The translations under genes were made by a program, and so were the position numbers. A DNA stretch of 64,000 nt from positions 183,760 through 247,759 of the forward strand of contig NIVC01000463.1 of assembly GCA_002269645.1 (NCBI GenBank), written 5' to 3'. The notes beneath the pieces were generated by a model. It was given only the letters and a program-made list of their open reading frames with translations. It was not told the DNA's origin and ran no database searches. The stretch is from Macrostomum lignano (taxonomy: Eukaryota). Positions 1 through 13,830 of this stretch are shown in pieces. Numbering within the stretch: position 1 is the first letter of the stretch; each line of letters begins with the position of its first letter.

Positions 1-420
1 ATTTTGATGGTTTTCACTTTTACAAAGAGGATTTCAATGTTTTCAGTTTCACAGAGAGGATTTCAGTGGAGTTCTGTTTTATGGATAGAATGTTGGATGG
101 ATTTGATGGATAGGTGATGGATTTCTATTTGATGGAGAGGATTTTGATTGTTTTCACTATCATGGAGAGGATTTTGATGGATTTCTATCTCACAAAGATG
201 ATTTTGATGACTGTCTATTTGACAACAAAGATTTTGATGGACTCCCATTACACTAGGACTTAGGGGGCTTTTGATGGATTTAAGTTTCACTGAAAAGATT
301 TTGGTAGAGTTGCATTTCAAGGAGAGTACTTTCAAGGAGAGGATTTTGATGAATTTCTATTCATAAAAGAGGATTTTGATGGAGTATTGTTTCACGAAGA
401 GGATTTTGATAGATTTGGAG
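1..420. repeat. Degenerate ~30-bp tandem repeat
   Basis: Recurrent gaggattttgatgga...ctatt/tcac units with ~30-nt period. The + strand reads partly as EDFDGFLFxx decapeptides with stops and frameshifts. Confidence 0.6.
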
Positions 421-3400
421 AGGATTAAGATCATGGGATTTAGCTGATGAATTTCAAGGAATGAAATTCCAGTGATGGGAGTTCTTCCCTTTCCTTCCAA
501 AGGAGGAGATTCACTTGTTAGGATCACAAATGCAAAGTAGAGATAGCCATTTCTTTCCTATTGGCACACACACAACTGGCTAAGGTTTCTATATTTATAT
601 TTTTAGGGTTGGAATTTTTGCAACTTACCTTAATACCTTGGCTAGACCTCTTGCCACATAGCTAAATTGGCCAAGTTTGTTGGGTATTGAGCATATAAAT
701 GCAAATTCAGTATTATTTGATTTTTCATTGTACTATATAATACAAATAGGATTATAATATAAAATTATAAATTATATATAAATATGTATAAAATATATAT
801 ATATATTAATTTCATTAGATGCTAATACTTTCAGTAATAAAAAGCCATAGTTTTTCATTTGGTAATAATGCTATTTAGTTGAAGAGCATAGGTCTATTCC
901 TAAAAAAGTTCAGTAAATTAATGAAGGGGTTACTTCTGTCCTTATAAATAATCCCACTGGTTAGCCACCAAAGTTGTCACAGGGATACTTTTCTATTTCC
1001 TATTATTGATTATCTGTCACCAAAGTGGTTATTTCTTCCTAATGATCTTATTGGTTATTAATTGCCTTTCCACTAGTAGCGCATGTACTTTTATTGGTAC
1101 TTGGTAGCATATGTACTTCTATTGGTAGTGTGTGTATTTTTATTGTACTTTCTGGCTTTAGGGGTCTTTAGGCACTGCCTATCCTATTCGTATACCCTTC
1201 TAAAGATATTATTCTCTCAGTCCTGGGCATTCCTGGGATCAGAGGGTCACAGCTTACTTGCTGGGTATTCTGCCTTGAGGCGGGTTTCTCAGACTGAGTC
1301 TAGACTACTCTACCCTGTGGTAGGATTCTTGCCTTTAAAGGCAATTTCTCAGATCCTAGATCTGGATGTCTTGTTCTCTGAGAATGGACTGAACTCACAA
1401 TCTTGGGGCAACTCCTATGTCACTATCTACTACTCAAAATAAGTAACATGAGTGATCACAAGCCCAAAGTTCGAAACAATGGTACAAGACCAACAAACAA
1501 GAAAAGGTTATCTATTTTGGCTCCCAGCTGCCTCCTTTTCTATAAGGTATTTTTAGGCTATTTTAAGAGCTTTTGCTATTAGTTTGCAATATATTCAATT
1601 TTTATCAGACAGAGGCACAATCTTGAAAAGTAGTAAAATATCATATAAATGCAATGCCTTTTCAAGCAAACAATCTAAAAGTGTTTAAATTTTGATTAAA
1701 GGCCTATAGTGATATTTATAATGTTCAATTTGTCTCTAAGATTAGTTTTAACTGCTTTTATGAATAGTATAAATACTCAAACTCATTAGTTAACTTGTCC
1801 TAAAATTTAAAACTTAGGTTTCTCAGTTGAACCTTACATATATATAACACCAATTAGTTGGTAGTCTTGTTGAAATAGAATTAAGAACCCATGGATACTA
1901 CACCTTAACTAATTTAGCTGGCCTTTAAATTTTTTTCATGTCTTCTGGAATGAACATGAAATGGACGAAGGACCAATTCCTGAAGTTGCAGCATATATAA
2001 TTGTAAGTCAATTGTTTCTGTTTTAAACCTTAACTTTTTACCTATTTTCTTTTTTAATTATGAAAAAGCAAAGTAATTGTTGTTGATGAGTTTAAACTAG
2101 GTTCATTTTTTACCATTTTTATTCACTCATTCTATCTTATATTATTACTTTTCCTAGTGTTACACAAGTGTTTCTTATTGTTATGAAACTGCATATAATA
2201 GCTTGTATATACAGTTTGTTAAATGCTTTTTAGGCAATTTTTGGACTTGGATTCATAACTTTTCTGCTTTTAAAATCTGTAAGTTTTAGCTAAAGCATCT
2301 TTGTCAATTTATCAAAAGAAGAATATTAATAAAATAAATGCAGCAGGATTTTTTACTGCAGCATGTTGACGTGCAAATCTTAATCACATCTTAATTAGTT
2401 TTGCTTAAATATTGATTCCATGGTTTTAAATTATAAAACCCTTATACAGTAAAGACTAATCAAAGCTGTTACTATGTGTATTCCAGTTTTCATAAATTTA
2501 GTATGAAATTCTGTTGCTGGATTTATTTAAATTAAAAATGGCTATTTGAATGTCTACTTAATCGTTGCTAATAACTTAGATTTTAAAGACTGGACTTTAA
2601 ACTGGATTTTTTCCTAATTTATGCACTAATTGATATATCACACTTATTATGCATTTCTGTCTAATTTATGAAACTAGCATTGAATGTAATCCATGCTAGC
2701 TAGGATTTTTTATAATTTGTTTTAGTGTTTTCTCTTCTTCTAGGTATTATTGTAACAAAATTTTTGTATAGCACAGTAGATAAATAGATTAAGTTTGAGT
2801 GAATGCATTACTTAGCACTATTGAAAATATTAAAGAAATTCCTTATTTTTCCATATCATTATATTTAATCAGTATAGCATAGGTATGCAATTAATATTAT
2901 ATCATCAAAATTTTATCTACTTTTAATTGTTTTGATCATTCTTTTCACATCAAGAGAGTCATTGTTCCTTCTGCTGGTAGAGCATTCTACATTTTGGTAA
3001 ATATAAAATATTTATTTCACTTAATGTACTCATTATTTGGTAACATATATGCAACTATCATAATAAATTAATAACACATCTAATATAGTTTTCTAGTTAT
3101 ATTGTAACTTTCACCATATGTATTTGATGCAATTTAAACAATATAAAATACACCTGTTTTCTACTCAAGATTATCTAGTGCATGCCCCTTACTCTTGGTA
3201 AGTGTCATCCTTAAATAGCATAAAATATGAAAAGGTATTTAGCTTTTCTGTGTGCAATGTAGTTTTAATTATCTATAATCAATTATATGATTTCTAACAT
3301 TGCAGATTTGCTCTTTTTAACATCAATTTTCATGTTTTGCGTTGCATAGAAAAAGTAGCCTTTTAATCAAGTTGAATTTCGCTTTTACCTTAAAGCCAGC

Positions 3401-3574
3401 CTAAAATTCCCTACTGTGCTTTTCTTTTCACTTTTTAAGTGATAATCAAAGGCTTTGAAACCACTTGAAGTTTTTTAACGATTTACTTTCAACAGTCTAA
3501 AGACCATTTTTGTGTTACATAAACTTCCTAACAAGAGAATTTCATTGTGGCAACTCATGACGTTTTTTAACTTG

Positions 3575-3912
3575 GTTTTATTTTATAAGAGACAGGGAGG
3601 TCGTGTGCACCCTGGTGCGGTTTAAGCAACTTTGTCACAATTGGCAAGAGGCATTTCTGTCCATCCCACCAACTCCTCTGAGCAACACACACAGGAGTGT
3701 ACAGTGGCCCGAACTTTATTTATCGTTAAGGCATGTACAATTCACTGCGCCTAGTTGGTTGCGTCCCAAGGCTGTTAATTGCATGAGCATAGCCAAGCCA
3801 AGATTCCAATTTAGCCCCAAATTTATGTGACCACTTGGAATCGAGCCTTGGTTGCTGACACACCAGAGTGTCATCAGAGCTGCCGCATAAGAAGACCACT
3901 GGGCTACGGCCC
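3575..3912 (-). mobile_element. tRNA-derived SINE-like element (family B)
   Basis: The minus strand starts gggccgTAGCCCAGTGG (A box) ... GGCTCGATTCC (B box), has a ~250-nt body and an A-rich end. It is not a cloverleaf tRNA. Confidence 0.5.
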
Positions 3913-4456
3913 TTTGTAAGTACGAGTAGTAAGCAGTTTTTATACTAAGCTTCGGTCTTTTAACTGTTGAGGAATTCCTAAAATAATCCTAGTGAATATA
4001 GTGCTGAAGCTTTGGTCGATTTTTATTCAACAGTAGCATTTAGCTTTAAGGTGATTGGCTTTGAAATGCTTCTACTTCACAATTTCAGTTTTACCCAAAG
4101 TCTGTATTTTTTAGTTTTATTTGGCTTTTTAAGTCGCATAATTAAATTATCACTTATGCCGATGTTTCTATTAAGTTTTAAGGTTTAATTGATAATAACA
4201 GTGCAGGTAATTACGCGCGTATGGCAGAATACTAATGTTAACTTTGTACAGGCAAACAATTTATATTCATTTTCCACCTCACTATCAATCCCATTCTCAT
4301 TCGTTCTTCAAAGTTCGCTTCAGTCGCTTTTTCAAATGAGCAAACAAAGCCAAAGAAAAATGTGTGTGTTCATTTTTGTATGACTGACTGTACTCTCTTT
4401 TCTTATTGTTCATTTTCATCCACTTTTAGATTAGGTCTCGTCGTCCAATTGAAGAA

Positions 4457-7400
4457 ATGCAGCAAAGTGACGGCGGAGAGAGAAGAGAAATAGAGTCTGA
4501 GGCAGTTGAGGCGGCTGGTTCGCAGGCTGCCTCAGGGTCAATTAATATCGGCAACAGCCAAGGGGTCGGCAACTTGTGCGCTACCCGGTCTGGCTCGGGT
4601 AAGTATTGCGGCATTTCTTTCATTTTTTCTTGCTTTCTCTGCTAACTGAATAATAATGGCTGTACTGTACAATAAATAACTGCCTTGTAGTCAAATATTA
4701 ATATTCCAAAGCATGTTTCTTATTTTGTCTTTTTTTAGACGCAGCTGAAGCGTCACCAAGCGCAGCAATGGCAGCTGCGGCTACGCCCAATTCAGCGGCC
4801 TCATCGACTTCCGCAACAGCGCAGGCATCGGCGACAGGATCGACGGCACTGTTAAATCGCACCAACTCCGAGCGTCTTGGTCAGAAGCCGAACCAGCGCA
4901 AAACTTTTCAAGAAATTTTATCTATCCGCAACGAAGATAGACGAGTGACAGAGACTGTGCTCTCTGAAAACACGGAATTTGAGACACTCGGATTGGAGGA
5001 ATATTCATTGAGCAGTGGAAAATCCCTTCTAGAGTCCGTGCAGCAGCACAGAGACTCTCGCAGTGCCCATGTTCGGCATCACGAAGAAGTATCTTCGGTT
5101 GACATTTGGCGCAAGCGTGTTGAGCACGTCTACAAATCAACTTTCCGTATGCCGGACGGTTCAAGTGTTGCTGTCACGCACGAAGAGGCGTACCACACTA
5201 CTGACCCGAATGTTGAGGTGACAGTTTGCTTAGCACAGGCGCTGCCATCAGCAGACTGCCGGCCAGGCCGTGCTAACGTCGCGGATCTTGCCGAGAGCAA
5301 CAAATGGGCCAGCCTCATACTTTCGTGCGATGGATTCAGAGACGATCAACTCTGTTCTATGCTCCTGAAAAAAGATGGCGAGCATGGCGCTGAAGCTGCT
5401 GCTGAAGCTGCCGCTGTAGCTTCATCTGTTGCTGCTGTTGTTTCTGCAACAGCAGCTGCTGATCCATCGCCTCCGGTTGTTGATCTCTCTCTGTCTTCTG
5501 AAATCACACTTCCATTGCCTACTGCTTACGTTGCATTGTACGGTGAAGACGAGAGCGTGTCTTCCGACTCAGCTGAATCAGTAGTGGAAAATGTCACTTC
5601 AGCTGAGGCTAAAAATAAAGCCAGTCAGCCCTCAAAGCTTGCGCCTACTTATCCTGCCTCGAAAAGCAAATCATCGATAGGCGCGACATTTGGCGAATTT
5701 CAGAGTCAGACTGAGTTTACTCAGAAAAGTTCACCTGAAGCTGAAAATACTGTTTCTGATGAGCACTCAAAGTCAATAGAATCTTCTGTCAGTAAAGATA
5801 TAAGCGATCGAGTGCAACGTGAAAATCTTGATGCTAAAGCTGAGCCGAAGGAATCTAAGGCTCCCAAGAAGCTTGTCAAACCAGATGAGTCACCAAAGGA
5901 GTCGCACCAATCAAAAAAATCTGTTGATCAAAAGCGAAATCGCCGACGACTGAATCGTATATTAGACAAAAATGAAGCGTCCTCTGTCCATTCAGAAGGC
6001 AATGAAACAGCCTCTGGAGGAGCAGCTGTAGCCATTGAAACGGATTTGCAAAAAAGAATGGAGGCCTTCTTAGACAGCAAGAGGACGAAAAGCGAAAAGC
6101 CTCGGAACCTCCAGGAACCACAAAGTACACAGCTTGAATCTAATGCTACTATGTTGGAAGAAGTTAGCGTTGCAACTACTGACTCCTTATCAGTTTTCTG
6201 TCCCCCAAAGCAGTCGGCTCGTCTGTCTGTTTCTGAAAAAATGTGCATGGAGGTTCTAGCCGAGCCCTATTATTCGGATGAATCGGACTCGAATGACGAA
6301 AAATCGACGCGCCCACGGGGATTTTACAGCTATTTGTACGACGGACCAAAGAATAGGATGGAAGAAGACGAGATCTTTATTAAAGTCTTTCAGCGAACCG
6401 TTACGACTGATAGGCGCTTAACTCAAGGCGAAATCCTCACAGTAGAATTTTCTTCTGACGTTGCCGACAGTGAAAGCGTATCTAACGTTAGTCTTAACAC
6501 AGAGCGTGGTGAGAAAAGCCACAGTAATTCACGTTATCACACAGTTTACGTTCGCGATCCAGCTGCGAATTCTTATGTGAAAATCCATGAGCCAATTTAC
6601 GATGATGTTTCTCCCCGAGGTTCCAAAGCACCTTCTGAGGCATCATCAGACAACGGTAGCATTGATGAGTCAGCTGCAACTACTTTAGAGCCTTTAAGGA
6701 ACACAGCCAACCAATATCTGGACAATCCATTGTCTCCTTTTTCGCCAGCTTCTCAGCAATCAGGATCTGATCAAGTAGATATGAGAACTTCGCAGACGAC
6801 AACAGCAACGGATTCAACGCCTGCAACTATAACAACAACGCCAACTAGTCAAAAAGTTGCTCAACTGACAGTAGTAACTACTAATACGAGTACAAATGAA
6901 GATAGCGGCACTGCTGACGAAAAGTTTTCTCCAGGAATTGTAAAGCGACGCGCTGAACAATACGAAGTACGACGCGCCATGCGGAAGCAAACAGCAGAAG
7001 AGCGAAAGTCATATCAGGAATTGGTCAATTCTGGTATTGTCAAGGTAAAGCGCAAGGAGCACGAAGATTTGATCGAAAAGGATGCTTTGCCACCTAGTCC
7101 TAGTGACTTCCGTTTTGAAGTGGAGCCTGATCAGCTTGAGCGAGTAGTCTATCAAAAAGAGCAATCCTCAACTGCATCATCAACCCACCCTTCTGCTCCT
7201 TCGCCAAAAGAGGCATCTGTAGTTGCGCCCATTATTCGCCAAATGGAAAAAGAAGCTGTTTTTGAGTTTCAGCCTGCCAAAAGTAGCTCAAATCAAAAAA
7301 GTCGACCGACCAAAAAGGTCTCAGATCCGACACCTGTAAAGACCCCAGCTTCTGATTCTTCCAAGGCTAAAAGTACATCTGAACAAGTTACGCCTGTGCA

Positions 7401-10400
7401 AACCGAACAAGGAGAACGATATCCCGCCCAGGACAATCGATCGCCTGTACTGCCTATTGAAAAGCCATCTACAGAAACTGCTGTCGATGCAGATGAACCG
7501 CAACCATTTAGTCCTCGCTTGGTTAAAAATGAGGCAATGTTGCATTATGACAGGTCGCAAGAAAATCGTTCTTACTTTATTTCGGACTCTGAATTAGGTA
7601 GGCGCACAGAAGAAGAAAGGCTTCTAAAAACCCAAACAAGCGAAGAACAAGGCAAGTGGTTGTATCCCGATGCTGTTGGTAAATCTGAGACTTTGCGGTA
7701 TGATCGAGCACAAGAGAATTTGTTGCCATCAACTGCCTCAGGCGAAAAAGAGCAAGTAGAGCAACTTAAAGGAAATGACCTGCATGAGGACGCAGAGTTA
7801 AAAATTTCAACTCTGTCGGAGCGATACGAGTCAAAGCGATTACCAGCCGCGGTAACTGGTAGTATTGTTAGTGCCACTTCAGAGGATTCATCCCAATCCA
7901 GTGCCGAGTCCGATGGTAGCGGAGACTACGATACTGGTTATGAGAAGCAGTATGAATTGCAAGAAGTTTTGAAAAAAGTAAAGTCAAAGCCACCAAAGGA
8001 ACAGAAAACACCACAGAAACCGCCACCGCACGAAGTACTGCCGACCAGTCTTGCTAGCTTAAAAGAAGCGGAGGATGAAAGGGAAAGCGAAGAAAATAGT
8101 AGCAGCGAAGGAAGCCCTAGCGTTGTAGTGGACGAAGGTTCGCTAAGCGATCAGCAACTCTTTTTTTCGACTGGTCATATCGATCAGCAGCCACCTATCA
8201 GCATTTTGATTGCCGATGAGAATTCCATATCTTCTTTGCTTGTCCAAGAAGGCACTTCAGAGTCTGCTTCATCAGAATCTGATGATGATGATGATGATGA
8301 AGATGAGGATTACAGTGAGACAGTTCGAGCTGCTTCTGGGTGGTACCAATCTCATCCCGTAGAAGATATGTATCTACCAAGGCGTCATATTTTGGCAACT
8401 ATCGACGAAGAGACAGTATCCCAGGCTTCCACATCAATTAATTCACAGTCGACTGACGTTGAGGTTACTGTTCCAAGTCGTCAATCAGATCTCTCGAACC
8501 AAGATACAATCCTAGTCCGACCTCCATCGCCTAAGAAATCCATCTCCGAAGCACCTATTGTTGCAGAAGAAGACGATCTGAGCGGCAGTGGAGCTTCTGA
8601 TAACGATAAGACTATTAAGCCAAAATCCAGATTTTCCCATGAAGCCGAAGAGGATATTGCTGTTCCGAAGATCACTTCATCAAGTCAATACAGATCTGCC
8701 GTTAAACTCCCAGCTGTTACTCAAATAGAAAAGGTTGCTCAGACCGATTCCCAGTTAATTCTTGGTCAGGACACTTACGCCAAAACAGCTCAGCTGATTT
8801 CAACTGACAACTTTGTTACTGTTAGTGAAGACTCTACGACTGAACAAGAATCTAATCTTATAAGTAAAGTGTTAACACAAAGCAAGTCTAAAGCCTCTTC
8901 AGCTGATCCAGCAGAACCACCGACTGTTGCAAGTGCGGATAGTGATAACAAGAAAAAGGGCAAAAAGAAAAAGGATCACTATAAGCCAAGAGAGCGTCAT
9001 CGTTCAAAGTCTTCAACCGAAACTTCAACCGAGAGATCAAATGTTGAATTTGAAGAAGAATCTTTCGAAAAGACGTCCATACAATCGCAGCAGCACAAAG
9101 CAAAGATAAGAGCAACAGAAGATGGTCAGAAAAGTAGGTCCTCAACTTTGCCATCGCCGGTTGAGAAGACTGAGGGCAAGTCGGATTTACCTCTGTCGAA
9201 GCCACCTTTGAGTTCAAAAGTTTCCGAGGTCACACCCAAATCAGCCGAACCTGCTCAGTCTGACAAGAGCAGAAGTACCAGCAAGAAAGAGCAAAGTCGA
9301 ATTTACGACACTGAGAGTGTACCGTCTCCTAAACAACCGGTGGAGCAGAGTGAATTCAGTGAGTTACTGTCTTCGCAGCCGAGTGAAGATAGTAAAAAGC
9401 GCAAAAGTAAACATTTCGAAAAGGATCCGCGACCGGAGGCTGCTATGCCATCTGATGCAGGATCTGAAGCAAGCAAACAGAGTGAGCCGCCGCCACAAAC
9501 AAGGCTCATACGATCATCGTTTCGATCTTCTTCTGGAAGAAAATCAAAAACAGCTGCAGATGAAAAGAAAAAGCGACCCAAGAGCAGTCCAGAAGATGCA
9601 AATGTTGATCAGCTAGTTAAAACTGCTAGCAACGCCAACAGAGCTAGTTTAAAAATCTCTAAACCTAGAGCGCCCACCGACTCTAACGGTGAATCAGTTG
9701 GCGCTGAAGCAGAACCAGTTTCTGAAAATCATGCTAAGACGGACCATCGCAGTCAGAAGATTAAAAAAGACCGCAAACTTATTGGGGTCAATCGACAAGC
9801 GGATGAGGTTCCTGTTGAACCTGAACCCGTGCATATCGAAGACAATATTGAACGCCTAGATATATATGCTAAAAGTTCGCATAATACTGAATATAAAACA
9901 GCTCGGCCCATTTCTTCGCGTCCCGAAGGCAAAGAAATTGTATCGCAGCCGCAGCTCTGGCGCTCAACTGACAACCATCAGCAAAATCAACAGGAGAAAA
10001 TAGCGGTACCAGAGCTGGTCGCTTATGCAGCCCCATCTTATTCGTCAAAGCGAGCCGTTTCTCCAGTCTCAGTTCAGCAGCAGCAATCACAAATGCAAGA
10101 CTTGCCGTGCGTTGATGTCGCATCTATGCAGACACGGCCTCATTATCTATCTGGCTCATCCGTGTCACCTTCGCGAACTTCAACGCCGCCTCCAACAGTT
10201 TATGCAACAACGAAACCAATTGAAAAAGAGAAGCAGTCAACAGATACAGAGAAGCCGAAAAAGACTAAACGGTCTAAGAAAGAGAAACCAAAGGTTCTTC
10301 ACTTTAGTAATAGGCGCATATCGCCAGAGCCAACGAAAGCTGAAGATGAAGAAATACAAGCCGATTCTGATAATGAGGAGGGCCAGTTGGAAGACGCACC

Positions 10401-13400
10401 AGCTGATACTCGCATTAATCGATGGGTTGAAAACACCAACAAACACCTGGTTGGTGATGCTGGGCGGCCCACAATTACCGGTTTAACCGTTGGACAAACA
10501 ACCGGCAAGGATGCGCCAGTTGCGGCACCGCGTAATACGCCTCGAAAACCGGAGTATCAACGACAGGAAACTGGCGGCTTTACGGTTTCTTCGGATGCTA
10601 ACCCCACTGTGGTTGTGAACGAGCCAACTAATGGTGAGGGCTTATCTCATTCTTGGCGCGCTGTCTGGACATTAGTAATCAAATTTTTGCACTTTGTTAC
10701 GCACTGTTGGAATTTAGTCCTGTGTGTAGATATTGATAGCACTTCGTCGCTTAATGCTTGTTTTGTAATACCTGCAATTACAACTTGTGTTGGCTGTAGC
10801 GGTAATATGTATTCTACCTGGCGCCTTTAGTGAGCCGTCATATCTTAGTCTGTCTGTCCCCCCCCCCGTGTGGGAGGTTCGACCAACCCATTTATACACG
10901 GACATTCAATGCGCTAGTGTGTGGGAATGCTCATCAAACAGTTAGATTTGAGCATTAAGTAAGTACTATTTAAATTTAAATTTATTAGCATATCTTAAAC
11001 CAGCAATGCTACGGTTAGTTGCCGCCTTCAGAGAGGGTAAGTAACTTTTCCTATCATCCAGATTTATACTCAGGAGGTTAAAATTGAAGTTGATATACGT
11101 TATGACACAATACATGATAATAATTGATTACACCTGCCCTAATGGTCAGATGTGCAACCGACAGCTCAGCCGCAGCTATTGCGCGGCGCATCTGAAGGCT
11201 GCGTACGGCTGTTCAGTCCAAGGACTGGGGGGTCGCCACACACACCCTCAAATACATCAGCTAATGCTGGCACCCATTTTACAGCTGGGTGAACTGAAGC
11301 AATGCAGAGTGAAGTGTCTTGCTCAAGGACACAAATTGTGTCCGAGTGGGTTGAGAGAATCGAACCCCCGACCTCTGCGTCGTGAGTCCGACGCTCTAAG
11401 TCTAACCACTAGGCTACAAGCCTATGACACACGCTATGACGCAAAACAGCCAGTATAGAACTATAACTATATACCAAAATCTATATGCAGAAAATGACCA
11501 AAAAATTTCTATTTTTTTAGATCGCCTCAGCGGCGGCTCATTCGATCAGGAATCGCTTGTGGTCGCCTCGGATCTCAGCGAGATCGACGATCAGGCGCCC
11601 GTGTCGGCGGCTGCTCAGAACAACTCGATCGGTCCGGCTTCTAAAGCGCAGCTGGACGACAGCTCTGACTCGGATGATGAGTCAGACCAGTCAGCTGATG
11701 AGGCTGAGGAGCAGGATGACGATCTGCCAATTATGCGGCCGCTCAGCTGGGAGCCAATCAGCATCGCGCATCCTGCCACAGGTCTCGGCGCTTCGGCTAG
11801 CATGCCGCAACCGGGACAGCAGCAGCCGCCAGAGCCAGCGCAGAAGTCGCAGACCCAGCCGCCTCAGAAGAAGCCATCAGCAACTGCAGCAGGCAACCCC
11901 AGTGCTGCTACTAATAGCGGCGACTCTCTTAAACAAGGCGCTATCGACTTCCTGCTCAACTGTCTGTCTAATCGGCCAATCCAAACGCCAGTAGACTCAG
12001 ATTCGTCGGACGTGGCTCCGACTCGGCAACTATTGAATCCGTATCTTCGCCAGGCGCTCTCCCAGGCCCGGATGCCGCAGCCGCCTCTAGTGGCCGATCC
12101 GTTGCCATTAGACGCTGACGAGCGTAGACGATTTCAAAGGAAGCGCGATTCGATTAAGGCTAATAATAGTCGTAGGCGAAGCAACCGGCTGGGCTCAGCT
12201 GGTAAAGCAGGCACCGTCGGTGTCGGCGGTGGAGGTGGCGGCGATGCCAGTCGGTCGGCCTCCTATTATCGAAGCTCGTCGGCGCTCTCTGGTCGCGAAT
12301 TGTCGTTCACGGCGCTATCGCCTGCGGTGATGCGTAGGCAGAGTAGGAGAAGGTCGAGATCTAGGTAACTATTGCTTCGGTATTTTTCAGTTGGTTTGTA
12401 AAGTGAGTCCACAGAAAGTAGCAGTACAGTTCGTAGAGTTGTTCGATTGGTAGATCCAAAAAAGAAGTACCACATTTCTCAGAGAATTAGTATATTCCCC
12501 ACAGAATTAGTATATTCCCCACAGAAGTAGTATATTCCCCACAGAATTAGTATATTCCCCACAGAAGTAGTATATTCCCCACAGAATTAGTATATTCCCC
12601 ACAGAAGTAGTATATTCCCCACAGAATTAGTGTATTCCCCACAGAAGTAGTATATTCCCCACAGAATTAGTATATTCCCCACAGAAGTAGTATATTCCCC
12701 ACAGAATTAGTATATTCCCCACAGAAGTAGTATATTCCCCACAGAATTAGTGTATTCCCCACAGAAGTAGTATATTCCCCACAGAATTAGTATATTCCCC
12801 ACAGAATTAGTATATTCCCCACAGAATTAGTATATTCCCCACAGAATTAGTATATTCCCCACAGAATTAGTATATTCCCCACTGAAGTTGTATATTCCTC
12901 ACAGAAGTAGTATATTCCCCACTGAAATAGTATATTCCGCGGCCTGACTCCAGCAGTACCAGTTTAAACGAGGCTATCGAACGGACTCCCCACTCGCCAT
13001 CCAGATCTCCCGAAACAGCCGGCGGTCGTTCAAAAAGTTTTACCGGAATCGGCGTTGCCGCTTCGGCCGACGTGCTGAGCGGGCGCGGCGGCGCCAAATC
13101 CGACGGCGAAGAGGCCGGCGAATACGAAGATCCTGAAGAGGATTTGGACAACTTCGACGAAGATCAACTGCGCTCGGCGACGTTCGACACCCGGCGACGC
13201 GAATGGACCTGGTTCGCTAGCAACGCCGATTTTGTTGGCGCCGGCAACGACAAAACTGGCGCCGCCGGAGTCGATCCGCGGCTGCGCTCCCGCTCGATGC
13301 CCATACCGACATCGGCCGACTATAACGAGCTGGCCGTGCAAGTCGATCAAGCGACGCGTCGAGGTCGGAAGCGTCGTAGGCGACGGTTGCCACCGGCTGG

Positions 13401-13431
13401 ATCGAATTTCATCTACGAGACCAGCGTGTAG
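4457..13431 (+). CDS. Large, mostly disordered S/E/K-rich orphan protein, ~2452 aa, 4 coding exons (4457-4598, 4739-10633, 11521-12364, 12954-13431)
   Basis: Donors gtaagt (4599), gtgagg (10634) and gtaact (12365) and acceptors ttttag (4738), ttttag (11520) and ctccag (12953, NAGNAG with 12956) join in phases 1,1,2. The result is a 7359-nt open frame ending YETSV-stop. No family domain recognised. An acceptor at 4429 means a further upstream exon is possible. Confidence 0.75.
11117..11417 (-). mobile_element. CORE-type tRNA-derived SINE (family A), full length
   Basis: A box tagcctagtgg, B box ggttcgattc, CORE-like tgtgtccttgagcaagacactt...cagttcacccagctgtaaaatggg, (att)n tail. Lies in intron 2 of the large gene. 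Confidence 0.85.
12480..12937. repeat. 20-bp minisatellite (acagaa[t/g]tagtatattcccc)n, intronic
   Basis: About 22 near-identical units filling intron 12365-12953. Confidence 0.95.
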
Positions 13432-13830
13432 GTTGAGCACTTCCTAAAAACAGCCTCGAAAATTGATTTATTGCTCAATTCTTATTGAATTAATTCTGTG
13501 TTATAATGTAGCTTGTGGGCTACTGATTTATGGATTGCAATGGTGTATATTTGCTTCATGAGTATGCTGGCAGCCTTTGTCCTTTTATGTAACTGAGTCC
13601 TTGACTTTTCTGTGCTTATCCAGTTTGACAAGTTTTTATCGTTAGTAATTCCAATTTTCCAACTCTGTGTCAATCACTTTTTAATCAGCACTTTTTTAGT
13701 ATTGCGAAAACGTTCTGATCGTAAGTTTCTTTTGTTTTTTTTAGCCTAAATCTGTATTGAAGAACTTCCATGCAAGCTCAGGCTTCTGTTGCCAGCTAGT
13801 TAGGTTTCTGATTTTAGAATTTTCAGGCTC

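Noticed and set aside
1083-1442. RIP-like hypermutated gene inferred from stops reverting to CGA/CAG/CAA on the minus strand
   Set aside because: Every stop codon begins with T, so such reversion is trivial. Stop density is near random expectation.
1446-1457. 12-bp match to the LINE TSD (acatgagtgatc), and a 14-bp match to the insertion flank at 59725-59738, suggesting target specificity
   Set aside because: Homology does not extend on either side. It is compatible with chance given the many comparisons made.
4558-4575. hAT TIR-like caaggggtcggcaact inside exon 1 of the large gene
   Set aside because: No partner TIR or TSD nearby.
10634-10830. C-terminal 65 aa of the 2020-aa ORF
   Set aside because: Composition changes after the gtgagg donor at 10634. 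It is better explained as intron read-through, since the next exon joins in phase.
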